DNA from: Rhina ancylostomus
Taxonomy: Eukaryota
Direction: 5' to 3'
DNA: 64,000 nt
NCBI GenBank assembly: GCA_030265395.1
Contig: JARFYF010000052.1
Location: forward strand, 58,397,019 to 58,461,018
Shown here piece by piece: positions 11,926 to 22,035 of this stretch. Position numbers and translations under genes: made by a program. Within the stretch, counting starts at the first letter, position 1; every line of letters starts with the position of its first letter. The notes under the pieces were generated by a model. That model saw nothing but the letters and a program-made list of their open reading frames with translations. It searched no databases and had not been told where the DNA came from.

Positions 11926-13574
11926 AATAGGTAAAGTTCATCTGAGTGGGGGTGTGCAGAGGTCTGGGCCCAACTCAGCTACTGAACATTTAAAAGGACA
12001 TTGTGTGGAAAGGGTGCACTATGTACACTTCTACATTGCTGATTATAAACATGACTGATCTTCATTGTTTCTTAGTATTGCAGCTATGTGTAAGATTTAA
12101 CTATATGACTAATTTTTTTAACCTGCAAGTTGATTTCTCAGTTTTTCCCAACAGATGTATTTTTAAAATCTTCATGATTCTGCAGTTATGGTGAATGAGA
12201 GATTTTTTTAAAATTTAAAACTGCCAGTTTGTTAATAAGTTAAGGTATGCAGTGACACTTATCATATGATTTCATATTTAATAATCCTTCTAAACTGAGA
12301 TAGAGATTGCCAGGTGGATTGATTCACATCTGTTGAACTGACTGTTAATCACATCGATTTCAGCAACCAGCCAACTAACCACTCTACTGATTAGCTGGGC
12401 CATGTCAACAGAGTGCCAGTATCATGAGTGACCTCAGGTCAGCTAAATTAGCCTCCACAGCTAATGATTAACCTATGTTGCCTAAAGGGGATGCACATAG
12501 TAGCAAGGGCACTGGTGCATCAGACTTGGGAAATGGAAAAGAAATCACAGGATGCAGCAGGCTCTGGTGATTTTATTTTTTCAGTGCTGGACTGGAGGTG
12601 TTAGTGAAAATACTGAAGGTTTGGAGAAGGTGAAAAATAGGAGCAATGTACTGTAGCCCCAGAGAATTGGGGACCCTTGAGTGAAAAGCTTAGAAAGCAA
12701 TGGTAGTGGGTATGCATGGACATGAATCAAGCCAGGAGGACCCCAGGGTGAAGCTGCAAAAAGTTCATTTCCTTGTATGTGACAGGTCAATGAATAGATA
12801 TTTAAATACCATGTACTACACTATTAGCTTTAGACACTGCTCAATCCACCACAACCCCCAGCACTAGCTCACCTACATTCTCTACAGGAGTCACGCCTGC
12901 ACTGTGGTCCATCAAACTCTCATGTGCTTGGAACTGCTCAGGCTTTGCACCCACAACTCTGAACTTTCTCACACACAGCCAACACTTGATTACGTGCAAC
13001 TGGAGGCAGCAGGAGTTAACAGGCAGGATGCAGGGAAGCCCAAGTACCCATTGCCAGAGGAGTTGCTGCAGCTGTGAGCAGCAATAGTGTTAAAACCAAC
13101 AATGATGACTGTGTCCTCATCCCTAATGATTCTTCTCATATCCACCTCCACATCAATTGACACATGGGCTGAGTGCTGCAGTGGGACCACAGATTGATGT
13201 CATCACATGTGGATTACACAGCAATTTAGCAATGTATTCTCCACTTATCACCTGGATTGTTGAGACACTACCTTAAGGACTAGCAGTACCTCCCATGGAG
13301 CCCAAATATACAGTCTCCTCTCAGAAATGCTGCATTTATCCTTCCCTCCTCCTGTCTCTGCCACACTGCTGGTGTCCTTCACGCTGCCTGTCAGCCAACC
13401 AGTCCCTCCCACTGCTATCCAAGCAGACCAGATGAAACCAGGACTTCCAAACCCAGAGCTACTTGAGGTACTTCTCCAAGACCACCTGTCGTGCAAATCG
13501 GCAGCTTTCTATCAACCAGGCTGCAGCCACTGGAGTCAGATTTCATTGAAACACAAAGGAAAATCTGGGCACAC

Positions 13575-14845
13575 TGTCACAATGTTGATCGAGAGCAAAC
13601 TCAGAACCCAAATGCAGCACACTGATACAAGACTGGAGTCAGGATACTTCCTCAGGACAAACACAGGCNNNNNNNNNNNNNNNNNNNNNNNNNNNNNNNN
13701 NNNNNNNNNNNNNNNNNNNNNNNNNNNNNNNNNNNNNNNNNNNNNNNNNNNNNNNNNNNNNNNNNNNNNNNNNNNNNNNNNNNNNNNNNNNNNNNNNNNN
13801 NNNNNNNNNNNNNNNNNNNNNNNNNNNNNNNNNNNNNNNNNNNNNNNNNNNNNNNNNNNNNNNNNNNNNNNNNNNNNNNNNNNNNNNNNNNNNNNNNNNN
13901 NNNNNNNNNNNNNNNNNNNNNNNNNNNNNNNNNNNNNNNNNNNNNNNNNNNNNNNNNNNNNNNNNNNNNNNNNNNNNNNNNNNNNNNNNNNNNNNNNNNN
14001 NNNNNNNNNNNNNNNNNNNNNNNNNNNNNNNNNNNNNNNNNNNNNNNNNNNNNNNNNNNNNNNNNNNNNNNNNNNNNNNNNNNNNNNNNNNNNNNNNNNN
14101 NNNNNNNNNNNNNNNNNNNNNNNNNNNNNNNNNNNNNNNNNNNNNNNNNNNNNNNNNNNNNNNNNNNNNNNNNNNNNNNNNNNNNNNNNNNNNNNNNNNN
14201 NNNNNNNNNNNNNNNNNNNNNNNNNNNNNNNNNNNNNNNNNNNNNNNNNNNNNNNNNNNNNNNNNNNNNNNNNNNNNNNNNNNNNNNNNNNNNNNNNNNN
14301 NNNNNNNNNNNNNNNNNNNNNNNNNNNNNNNNNNNNNNNNNNNNNNNNNNNNNNNNNNNNNNNNNNNNNNNNNNNNNNNNNNNNNNNNNNNNNNNNNNNN
14401 NNNNNNNNNNNNNNNNNNNNNNNNNNNNNNNNNNNNNNNNNNNNNNNNNNNNNNNNNNNNNNNNNNNNNNNNNNNNNNNNNNNNNNNNNNNNNNNNNNNN
14501 NNNNNNNNNNNNNNNNNNNNNNNNNNNNNNNNNNNNNNNNNNNNNNNNNGCAGGTCTCTGGCTGATGGTCCCAAATGGCCGTGGCCCATTCCAGTGCCCT
14601 TCCTCGCAACAACCCCACGATGAATGTGACCTTGGATCTCTCAGTGGAGTACATGGAGGGCCACAGTTCAAAAACTAACAGGCATTGTAGTAGGAAGGAC
14701 TGACATTTTCCCAGATCCCCTGTGTAGGGCTCTGGATCAGGTACATGCGGTTCCCTGGGTTGTTGGGATATCAGATTGTACTGTGGTGCACCAAATGATG
14801 GCCAAAATGTAGTCAGTTCTCTCTGAAGAGTGAGCATCGATGGCA
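13575..14845 (-). mobile_element. Ty3/Gypsy (Sushi/PEG10-RTL-like) LTR retrotransposon remnant: gag fragment plus LTR end
   Basis: The minus strand at about 14550-14770 encodes EPHVPDPEPYTGDLGKCQSFLLQCLLVFELWPSMYSTERSKVTFIVGLLRGRALEWATAIW, a typical Gypsy gag capsid motif. LTR end TGACA at 13575; the two parts are separated by an N gap. Confidence 0.8.
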
Positions 14846-15216
14846 TTGGGCAGCACTGTAACACTGCTAGTGGAACTGCTGCCTCATAGCTCTAGGGTTC
14901 AATCCTGATCTCTGTGGAGAGTTTGCACATTTTCTCTGTGGCCGCATGGGTTTCCTTGGGATGCTGAAGTTTCCGTCCACATCCCAAAAGCGTGAGGAGT
15001 AGCAGGTTAATTAAATACTGTAAATTTTCACTGATGTGTAGATCAGTGGTACAGTCGGGGGGGGGGGGTGGTGTGTGGGGAGAATAAAATGGGCAAGGGT
15101 TAGGACTAGGAGAAGCGTAATGGGTAGGAATAGTAAAAATGCGTGCTTGATGGTCAGCACAGACTAGTTGGGCTGAAGGGTCTGTTTCCACGCTGTATCT
15201 CTCTATGATTCTATGA
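14846..15216 (+). mobile_element. V-domain SINE (HE1-like) with CR1-derived tail
   Basis: B-box-like ggttcaatcc, V core, and tail gggctgaagggtctgtttccacgctgtatctctctatgattctatga. Confidence 0.8.
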
Positions 15217-16408
15217 CATCTCTTACAGCAGACTTCAGGGTGCTGCAAAAAGTCCATCTCCAGCCTTGAAGGAGGCATATGCATAAAGGATATTTGCCAT
15301 GGTCACCTTGATAATCGCCAGCATTGTGTCCATTGGCCGGCTCCATGCTTGCAGTTTTGGCTGCAGCATGTAGGTGATTTCAGTGTGGAGATCCGTATTG
15401 AAGCGCAAGACACCTCACTGTAGTTTCTTGATGAGGGGAATAATTCTCTGTAAAGCTTGGACAGACAAGACACCCTGATCTGAGCCCTTCCCTCCTTCTC
15501 TCTCCCAGTATATCTATATGTCCTCTCCTCATCTTTCTAAGCATTCTAAATTCCAAGGAAAGTGTTCACTAATACAACTGGTTGGTGCTGAAACCTGAAT
15601 TCTGCAGCATTCTTCAGCACCGGACACATCATTCCATGTGGACCTGCAATTTGAAGTTAACTACTGAAAGCACCAGAACCTTGTAGAATCATAACAGTCA
15701 TAACCAACAACAAACCTATTCAAAGAGTTAGTGTGAGGGTTCTACCTGCTATGGGATCTATGGGATGTATTCCTAGCTGTGCAAAGCTTGGAGAGTAATT
15801 AACTGGAGCATTGTACTCTGACACAGCAGCACAAGCAATACACTGCACAGCTTGCTCATTGATATTATTAAGTGTTTTTATTAAGCAGGCATTTATTATG
15901 CAATGCTGAAACCCTCACCATTATAGCTTAGGGTCAGTTTTACCACACCACCATGCATGAGCACCATTGGTTCTGTTTTAGAACTCCAAAGAAATATTTT
16001 TCCTGAAAAAAATGCGCCATAAGGATCTCAATTTTTCAAGGTTATATTCAATATCATCTTAAAAACCTGGTGGAATAACAAAACTATTGTTAAGCAATTA
16101 AAATAAGCTTTGGCTTCATAACTTTAATTCTTTAGAAAAATCTCTTGAACGAAGCAACGGACATACAGGTATGACATTGTGTGTTGTATTAGGTTATAAA
16201 GAAATCAATACTGTTTGTCAGTGATAGATTCCAAACCTTCGGGCACAAACCTTTCATACAAGTTGTGACTTTTCTGCAAGAATCATTTCCCCTTCCTGTT
16301 CTGCTTTGTCCTACATTATGTCTACTTAGCTTCCTTTGAGAATGCATTGTTGTATTGCTTGATGAGTTGATCACTGTTCCTCATGTGCCCCTATTCATGT
16401 CCTCTCAG

Positions 16409-16483
16409 TCCTCTGTCCTGCATCCTCTGCTGCAGCTTGTCCCTGAGCTTCATCTGAGAAGAATGAAGAAAGGCAGAGGTGAT
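16409..16483 (+). CDS. NMU: NMU exon 7 (C-terminal half of NURP and basic processing cluster)
   Basis: cctctcag|TCC...GAT|gtacgt; [25 protein letters not shown], cf. human [25 protein letters not shown]. Confidence 0.96.
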
Positions 16484-17849
16484 GTACGTAATTCTCTAGT
16501 AATCCTGCCAGCATTGTCATGTCACAATTAACTTTTCCTTGTTGCCACAAGATCAGATAATTCTTTCGGCCTATGTACAGATTGAGGTGACCATGGATTG
16601 TTAACAGAACATGAAATTCATATTTGGGTCATTCTAATTTGGCCCTGCAATGTTCTTCACAGGTTGCAAGGACTCAATAAACATGTTTGAAACTTGATGT
16701 TAAAAAAACTACAGAACATATTCTAACTTAAAGCCACGGCTTTCATAAATATTTATTCTTTGTCTCTTGCTTAAAATAATTCCCTGGCCATAGCTAAACT
16801 CCAAGTGTTAAATGCAGACCAACCCAATCCTTTTAAAAATAAGTGAATGTTTAATATCAAGCCTATAAGTTGGAGTGTGGAGGCTGTTGGTGTGCTCTCC
16901 TACAAGGAATCTAGTTCATAAATCAGATTCCTGCTATCCTTGATTTTCTTTAACAAATTAAGTAAATGGAATGGATATATGAAGTTGATTGTGTCTGAGG
17001 TTTCCAAACATCACACCTCTTTTAGAACAGAATTGAGGGGAGGGTAGTCTTTTGCACTCAACAGGGATTAAATTCTAAACAAAATACTTGCTTAAATTTT
17101 CTATATTCCTCTAAGTTATGACTGTGAGGTCAAGGAAAGCTTAACATTAATATTGCTTTCACTCTATGAAGCTCTTTGGATATCCTGAAGATGTTAAAAG
17201 TATCAGGTAATATATTTGACCTGTTTTTCTTTCTATTGCAAAAAAATTGTTGAGACTTTAGAACTTAGTGAAATGTGAACAGATTGATTTTACTGGAGGG
17301 AGAAATTAAGGCGTCTGAATTATCAATTCATTTAATTCCCTTATATATCATATTCTTCTGCAGAATTGGACACTGCAGAATAATGTACTAGTAATGGAAA
17401 AGTACAGAAATGCACTTTTGAAGTAAATATTTCTTCCCTACAAGGACTACAGTTAAATTTTTCACAATTCATTGAAATGTTCCTTCACCTTATTAATAAT
17501 ATCACATTAAAAACAACAATACCACTTTAATATCTTTTTGTTGCAAGTATTCTATAACTAGTTGAAATAGACTATTTGTTTGGGATAGATAGTGGTCAAA
17601 CTGTCACAGAAAGGAAACATTACATTTATAATTTTGCAGATTTCCATAAATATTTTTATGACTGGATACCAAAAGTAAACTGACCATGGAGGATATGGAA
17701 TCCATTTGTCAATTTATTAGGACGTCAGTGGCATTGAACTCAGAAGAATATCTAATTCAGGCCCAAAATTTACAATGGAAATATTGCTACAACCATACCC
17801 TCAGAGATCTTGTATCATTTTTGTTCATATTTAACTGTCAGATGAAATA

Positions 17850-18865
17850 AAACCAGAAAATGCAGAAAATACTCAGCAGGTCAGTAGCATCTATGGAGAG
17901 TGAAAGAATTGATGTTTCAAGTCCTGAGTTGTCATCAGAACTGTGCAAGGTTAGAAATTAAATAAGTTTGCAAATTGCAGAGTAAATGGCGAGAAGTGGA
18001 GAGAACAAAAAGGAAGGTCTATGAATGGATGAGGAGAGATTGTGTACCACAAGTGTTGTGGAGCCAAGTGAAAACAAACAAAACTTCTTTGGGAGAAGTG
18101 TAAATAAGAGGAGACAAATGAAATCTGAAATATCATAAGGGCAGAGAGGAAACAGACAATGCCAGAAACATTTCTAGAATGCGATGTTGAGTCCTGAAGG
18201 CTGTGAAATGCCATGTCAGAAGATGAAGTGCTGTTCCTTGAGCTTTTGTTGAGCCCCATTGAAACAGCATCAGAGGCCATGATGTAGAGGTCAAAGTGGG
18301 AGTGGGATGGAGAATTAAAGTGATAGGTGACTGGAAGTTCAGGGCTAGTCTTGTGGATTGAACAGAGGTGTTCTCCAAAGCAGCCACCCAATCTACATTT
18401 GGTTTGCCCAGCGTAAAAAGAGACACATTGTGAGCACAGAATATGGTACACTTAATTGGAAGAGGCATTAGTGAATTGCTGTCTCATGTGCAATAGCTAA
18501 TTGTGTCCCTGAACAACAGGAAGAGAAGAGGTAGAAGGACATTTTCTCCATGACTCAGCATTAAATTCAACAGTTTCATTCCAGCCATTCTCGTCTTGTA
18601 TCTCATTGTTCCAGCATTTGATTTAGTTTCATCCTCTCCTATTTATGCCTCCTCAATACATATATTACCCATCCTATTTCAGCTGGAACTACCACAACTT
18701 GTGTTATTCTCTCCTGGTCTCTGCCCTATTAAGATATTCCCTTTTGTGCTCTATATCCCTCCACTACAATTTAAAGCCTGTGTCACTTATAACTTCCTTG
18801 GTACTGATGAAAAGTTAACTCTCTCCATTGGTGCTGTCTGATTACTGAATATTTCCAGCATTTCC
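17850..18865. mobile_element. Penelope-like retroelement (GIY-YIG fragment, - strand) with an inverted partial copy (18545-18865, +)
   Basis: Minus ORF CSQCVSFYAGQTKCRLGGCFGEHLCSIHKTSPELPVTYHFNSPSHS resembles the PLE GIY-YIG endonuclease (YIGET.R.L..RF.EH). Terminal motifs occur in opposite orientation at the two ends. Confidence 0.75.
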
Positions 18866-19115
18866 TTTGGAAACTCATCATGTACGAAAGAAATCTATTC
18901 GTCACAGGTGTCAATTTTCCATCTTCCGTCAGAAGAATTCTAATCATTACCATTGCTACATCGAGACAGTGTCATGTATCACTTAGCAAAATAAAGGAAT
19001 AATAATAATAAAATTGTACCATTTTAATTATTGCAAAAATATAACAAAGGAGATATGGAACAATCATTTTGTACATTATGTGGATTAATAATACTTTTGT
19101 TTATTCTTGCTTTAG

Positions 19116-19169
19116 GGTGAATATCAAGGACCAGGTTTAATATCAAGCAGAGGAAACTTTCTGTTTCGG
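19116..19169 (+). CDS. NMU: NMU exon 8 (mature peptide)
   Basis: ttgctttag|GGT...CGG|gtatgc; GEYQGPGLISSRGNFLFR. Confidence 0.95.
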
Positions 19170-19582
19170 GTATGCATCAAAATTTGGAAACTTATACTTG
19201 TATAACAATTCTGAACACAGTGCAATAAATTCAGTGCTCCCAGTGGAGACCTGCACTGAATGGATTGGAGACAGGGCTACAACAGAGTACAAGAAACTCA
19301 TGACTTACTTGAGCTATCAATGTGAAAACAATTTGGGAATACAATATAGACAGATGGAGGCTAAGTGATCAAGTTACATGTGTAGTACACCTTTTTTTAA
19401 ATTCTAGTAAAGTGGGTCTTATTGATGAAACACTACAAACCTTAACTGGTAGTAGATTATTTCATATAGTGTTCTTACAGAAAAGAGTGATCCTGTCTTC
19501 AACCAGTACTTTGATAAGGAGAAATAGGGGCACTCTGATATTGTTGAATAGTTACAATCAGAGTTCTCTTTTTTATCTCCAG

Positions 19583-19618
19583 CCACGAAATGGAAGGAGC
19601 TCACCTACTTTTCACTAA
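19583..19618 (+). CDS. NMU: NMU exon 9 (PRN-G amidation signal and stop)
   Basis: ttatctccag|CCA CGA AAT GGA AGG AGC TCA CCT ACT TTT CAC TAA = PRNGRSSPTFH*; a donor CAG|gtattt follows at 19621/19622. Confidence 0.95.
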   Translation, partial: PRNGRSSPTFH

Positions 19619-19794
19619 CAGGTATTTCAATTTTATGATCCAGTTAATTAGGTGACAGATATCATGCTTCACTATAATGAGCACAGTTGTTTAATAATGA
19701 TGATAATCAATCATTTAGTTATTTTCCAAGTCATCTTGCAGTCCGAATCATTGGTTCATTTTCCATCAATCAGTTCATTAGATGTGTATTTAAT

Positions 19795-20530
19795 TACAAA
19801 AGCAAAATATTGCAGATGCTGGATATCTGACAGAAAATGGTGGAAATATTCTATGGATCATACAGCATCTGTGGAGACAAAAACAAAATTAACACTTCAG
19901 TTTGATGAACTTTTGTCAGAACTGTGCAAAGTAAGAAATGGCTTACTTTAAAATTGCTGAAAAGATGTGGCAGGGTTGGAGGGAACAAAAGAAACAATTG
20001 AATTTTGAATTTTAGAAATGGTGATGGAGTCAGCTGAAAGAGGATGGTAAATGCCTGTGAATGATAAAAAGATTTGTCTTGGGTAAGTTTAAGTAGGAAG
20101 AAATTCTGAAACTCCCAAAAGAAGAAAGGAAAAAAAAAATTGCTGGAAACATAAGATACATAGCTGGAATAGCAGCTTATCTGAAATTGTTGAATTCATT
20201 CTTAAGTACAGAGGGTAGTAATGTGTCTAGTTGTAAGCTGCTCCTTGAGGCTGCACTGAGATTTATTGGGACAAGTAGGAGGCCAAAGACAGAGTCAGAG
20301 TTGAAGTGGGATGGAGATTAAAGTGAAAAGACTAAGTGCTGAAAATACTCAGCAGGTCATGTAACATCTGTGCAACTGCAAATTGAGGACTTTGTCACAA
20401 CTGCACAATTAAAATGATTGACAACTATAAACTCTGGGTCACTCTTGCAAACTGAACAGAGGTGTTCTGCAATGCAATCTGCCAATCTGCATCTGGTTTC
20501 TCCAATGTTGAGGAGACCATGTTGTAAGTA
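19795..20530 (-). mobile_element. Penelope-like retroelement fragment
   Basis: Same terminal motif, plus gaacagaggtgttctgcaa...ccaatctgcatctggtttctccaatgt (GIY-YIG region). Confidence 0.65.
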
Positions 20531-20829
20531 ATACATGTTGAAGGCATCATAACTTCTGGAGGATGTATAGAGGAGTTAATGCTTACAAAGATTTCGCCAC
20601 CATTTAACCCAAGAAATATTTTTTGATCAGCACTGTCTATCCTTATTGCAAAATGAATGGAAATTTTCCTTTTAGTTCCTTGTTTCCATGACAGCAATCT
20701 TGCATTTTTCTACAATAATTGAATCTTCCATTTATCAGATTGGATTTGTAAAATAATTATGTGGTTGCATTTTAAAAATATATTTGGTCTGGTTTTTTTG
20801 GTGTAATCTTTAAACTTAGAGATATTGTT

Positions 20830-20853
20830 TATATATATATATATATATATATA
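20830..20853. repeat. (TA)n microsatellite
   Basis: Directly visible. Confidence 0.95.
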
Positions 20854-21722
20854 AATAAAATGTTCAGGTGTTTCATTTTCCACCTGAGTTAAGACTCGGG
20901 CAGCAGGATAACTGTCATCTTGCATCTTTAGATTAGTAGTTTCACTGGTAACTATCAGTTTGATTTGGTTCAGACTCTATTGGTTTCTGTCTAGGTTCAC
21001 GTGCATTTATCCATTTCAGACTGGAGTTACATTGGAGGATTCAAGGTTAATATGTAGACCCCAAAAATGGGCATATACAGTTGAAAGAGCAGTGGTAGTT
21101 AAGATTATGATGTGGATTTTAGGGACCTTTTAGTGTGAGGATGAGGTTATAAGTTGGTTGTAAAGTATTTGAGTTTTTTTGTGGTTGGGGGTGGGTTAGA
21201 GGACTAGGAGTTGGAATCAGTTGGATTAACAGTTAGATGTTAATTTAGCATGTTAATGTAGGGGTTTATTCTTCAAGGATATTAGTTCATTTAAGGATTA
21301 GGCTTTAGTGTTTGGAGTTTAGGTTTTAGGGTTAGATTTAGCTGCGAGGACTTAGGATCTGGGAGCAGGAGTCATAGGAGTTCACAGTATTGGGTTTGTT
21401 CTAAGAATGTTTATTTTTTAAGTTATAAACGGGCAGGAGCTATTCTGGTTCATTACTAAGAGTTGTTTTAATTATTGCTTGACTACTTTATTTTGGAATT
21501 GTAATCTCTAAATGATGGGAAATACTCTGAGCATGATTGGAATAGAATTAGTATTTTGGCATTTCAAAGGACTTTGCTATGGAAATTGCCCAGGAGGTGC
21601 ACCACAGGTAGACCAGGCACGAATGGAATGAATATATGTGGTTTAAGTATTTTGAGACCTACTCTCAATTCAGCTAAAGAGTTTGTTTCCTATGTAACTT
21701 TGACAACTATTTCATTTTGCAG

Positions 21723-22035
21723 GAATGTGAACATCAATAGGAATGGTTGACACCGCTGAAAATGATTTATGTTATTGATTTTTTTAAACATCTATAATAT
21801 GCATGACAACCTTAAATACATGATTACTGATTGGTATTTTCATAATGAACTCACCACTAAAATCAAAGGTTAATGTGAAATGTATCAGAAGTAATGTTTA
21901 TTAATGGTTAGTGTGTAAATATCACTTTGAGGCTGATGTAATACAATGCGTGTTACTGGATTGTCTTTCCACATTCCCTGTTTGTGATGGTATCAGCAAA
22001 TGTACAAATTAAAATAAAATTCTTAGTAAAGATTC
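21723..22035 (+). other. NMU: Probable NMU non-coding last exon (3' UTR) with polyA signal
   Basis: Acceptor ttcattttgcag| at 21722; AU-rich sequence; AATAAA at 22013-22018 followed by a U/GU-rich tract. It would pair with the donor 3 nt after the stop codon. Confidence 0.55.

Noticed and set aside
13327-14671. Long ORFs of 316-442 aa (also ORFs across 2833-3091, 50111-50369 and 52540-53011)
   Set aside because: Their length comes from translating through N runs; only the gag fragment is meaningful.
15613-15628. REST/NRSE-like TTCAGCACCGGACAC in NMU intron 6
   Set aside because: It lacks the 2-nt spacer and the right half is incomplete; could be chance.
4107-19618. Alternative call as neuromedin S
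   Set aside because: Exon-by-exon similarity (LEELC, [16 protein letters not shown].LH) and the PDCL2 neighbour favour NMU.
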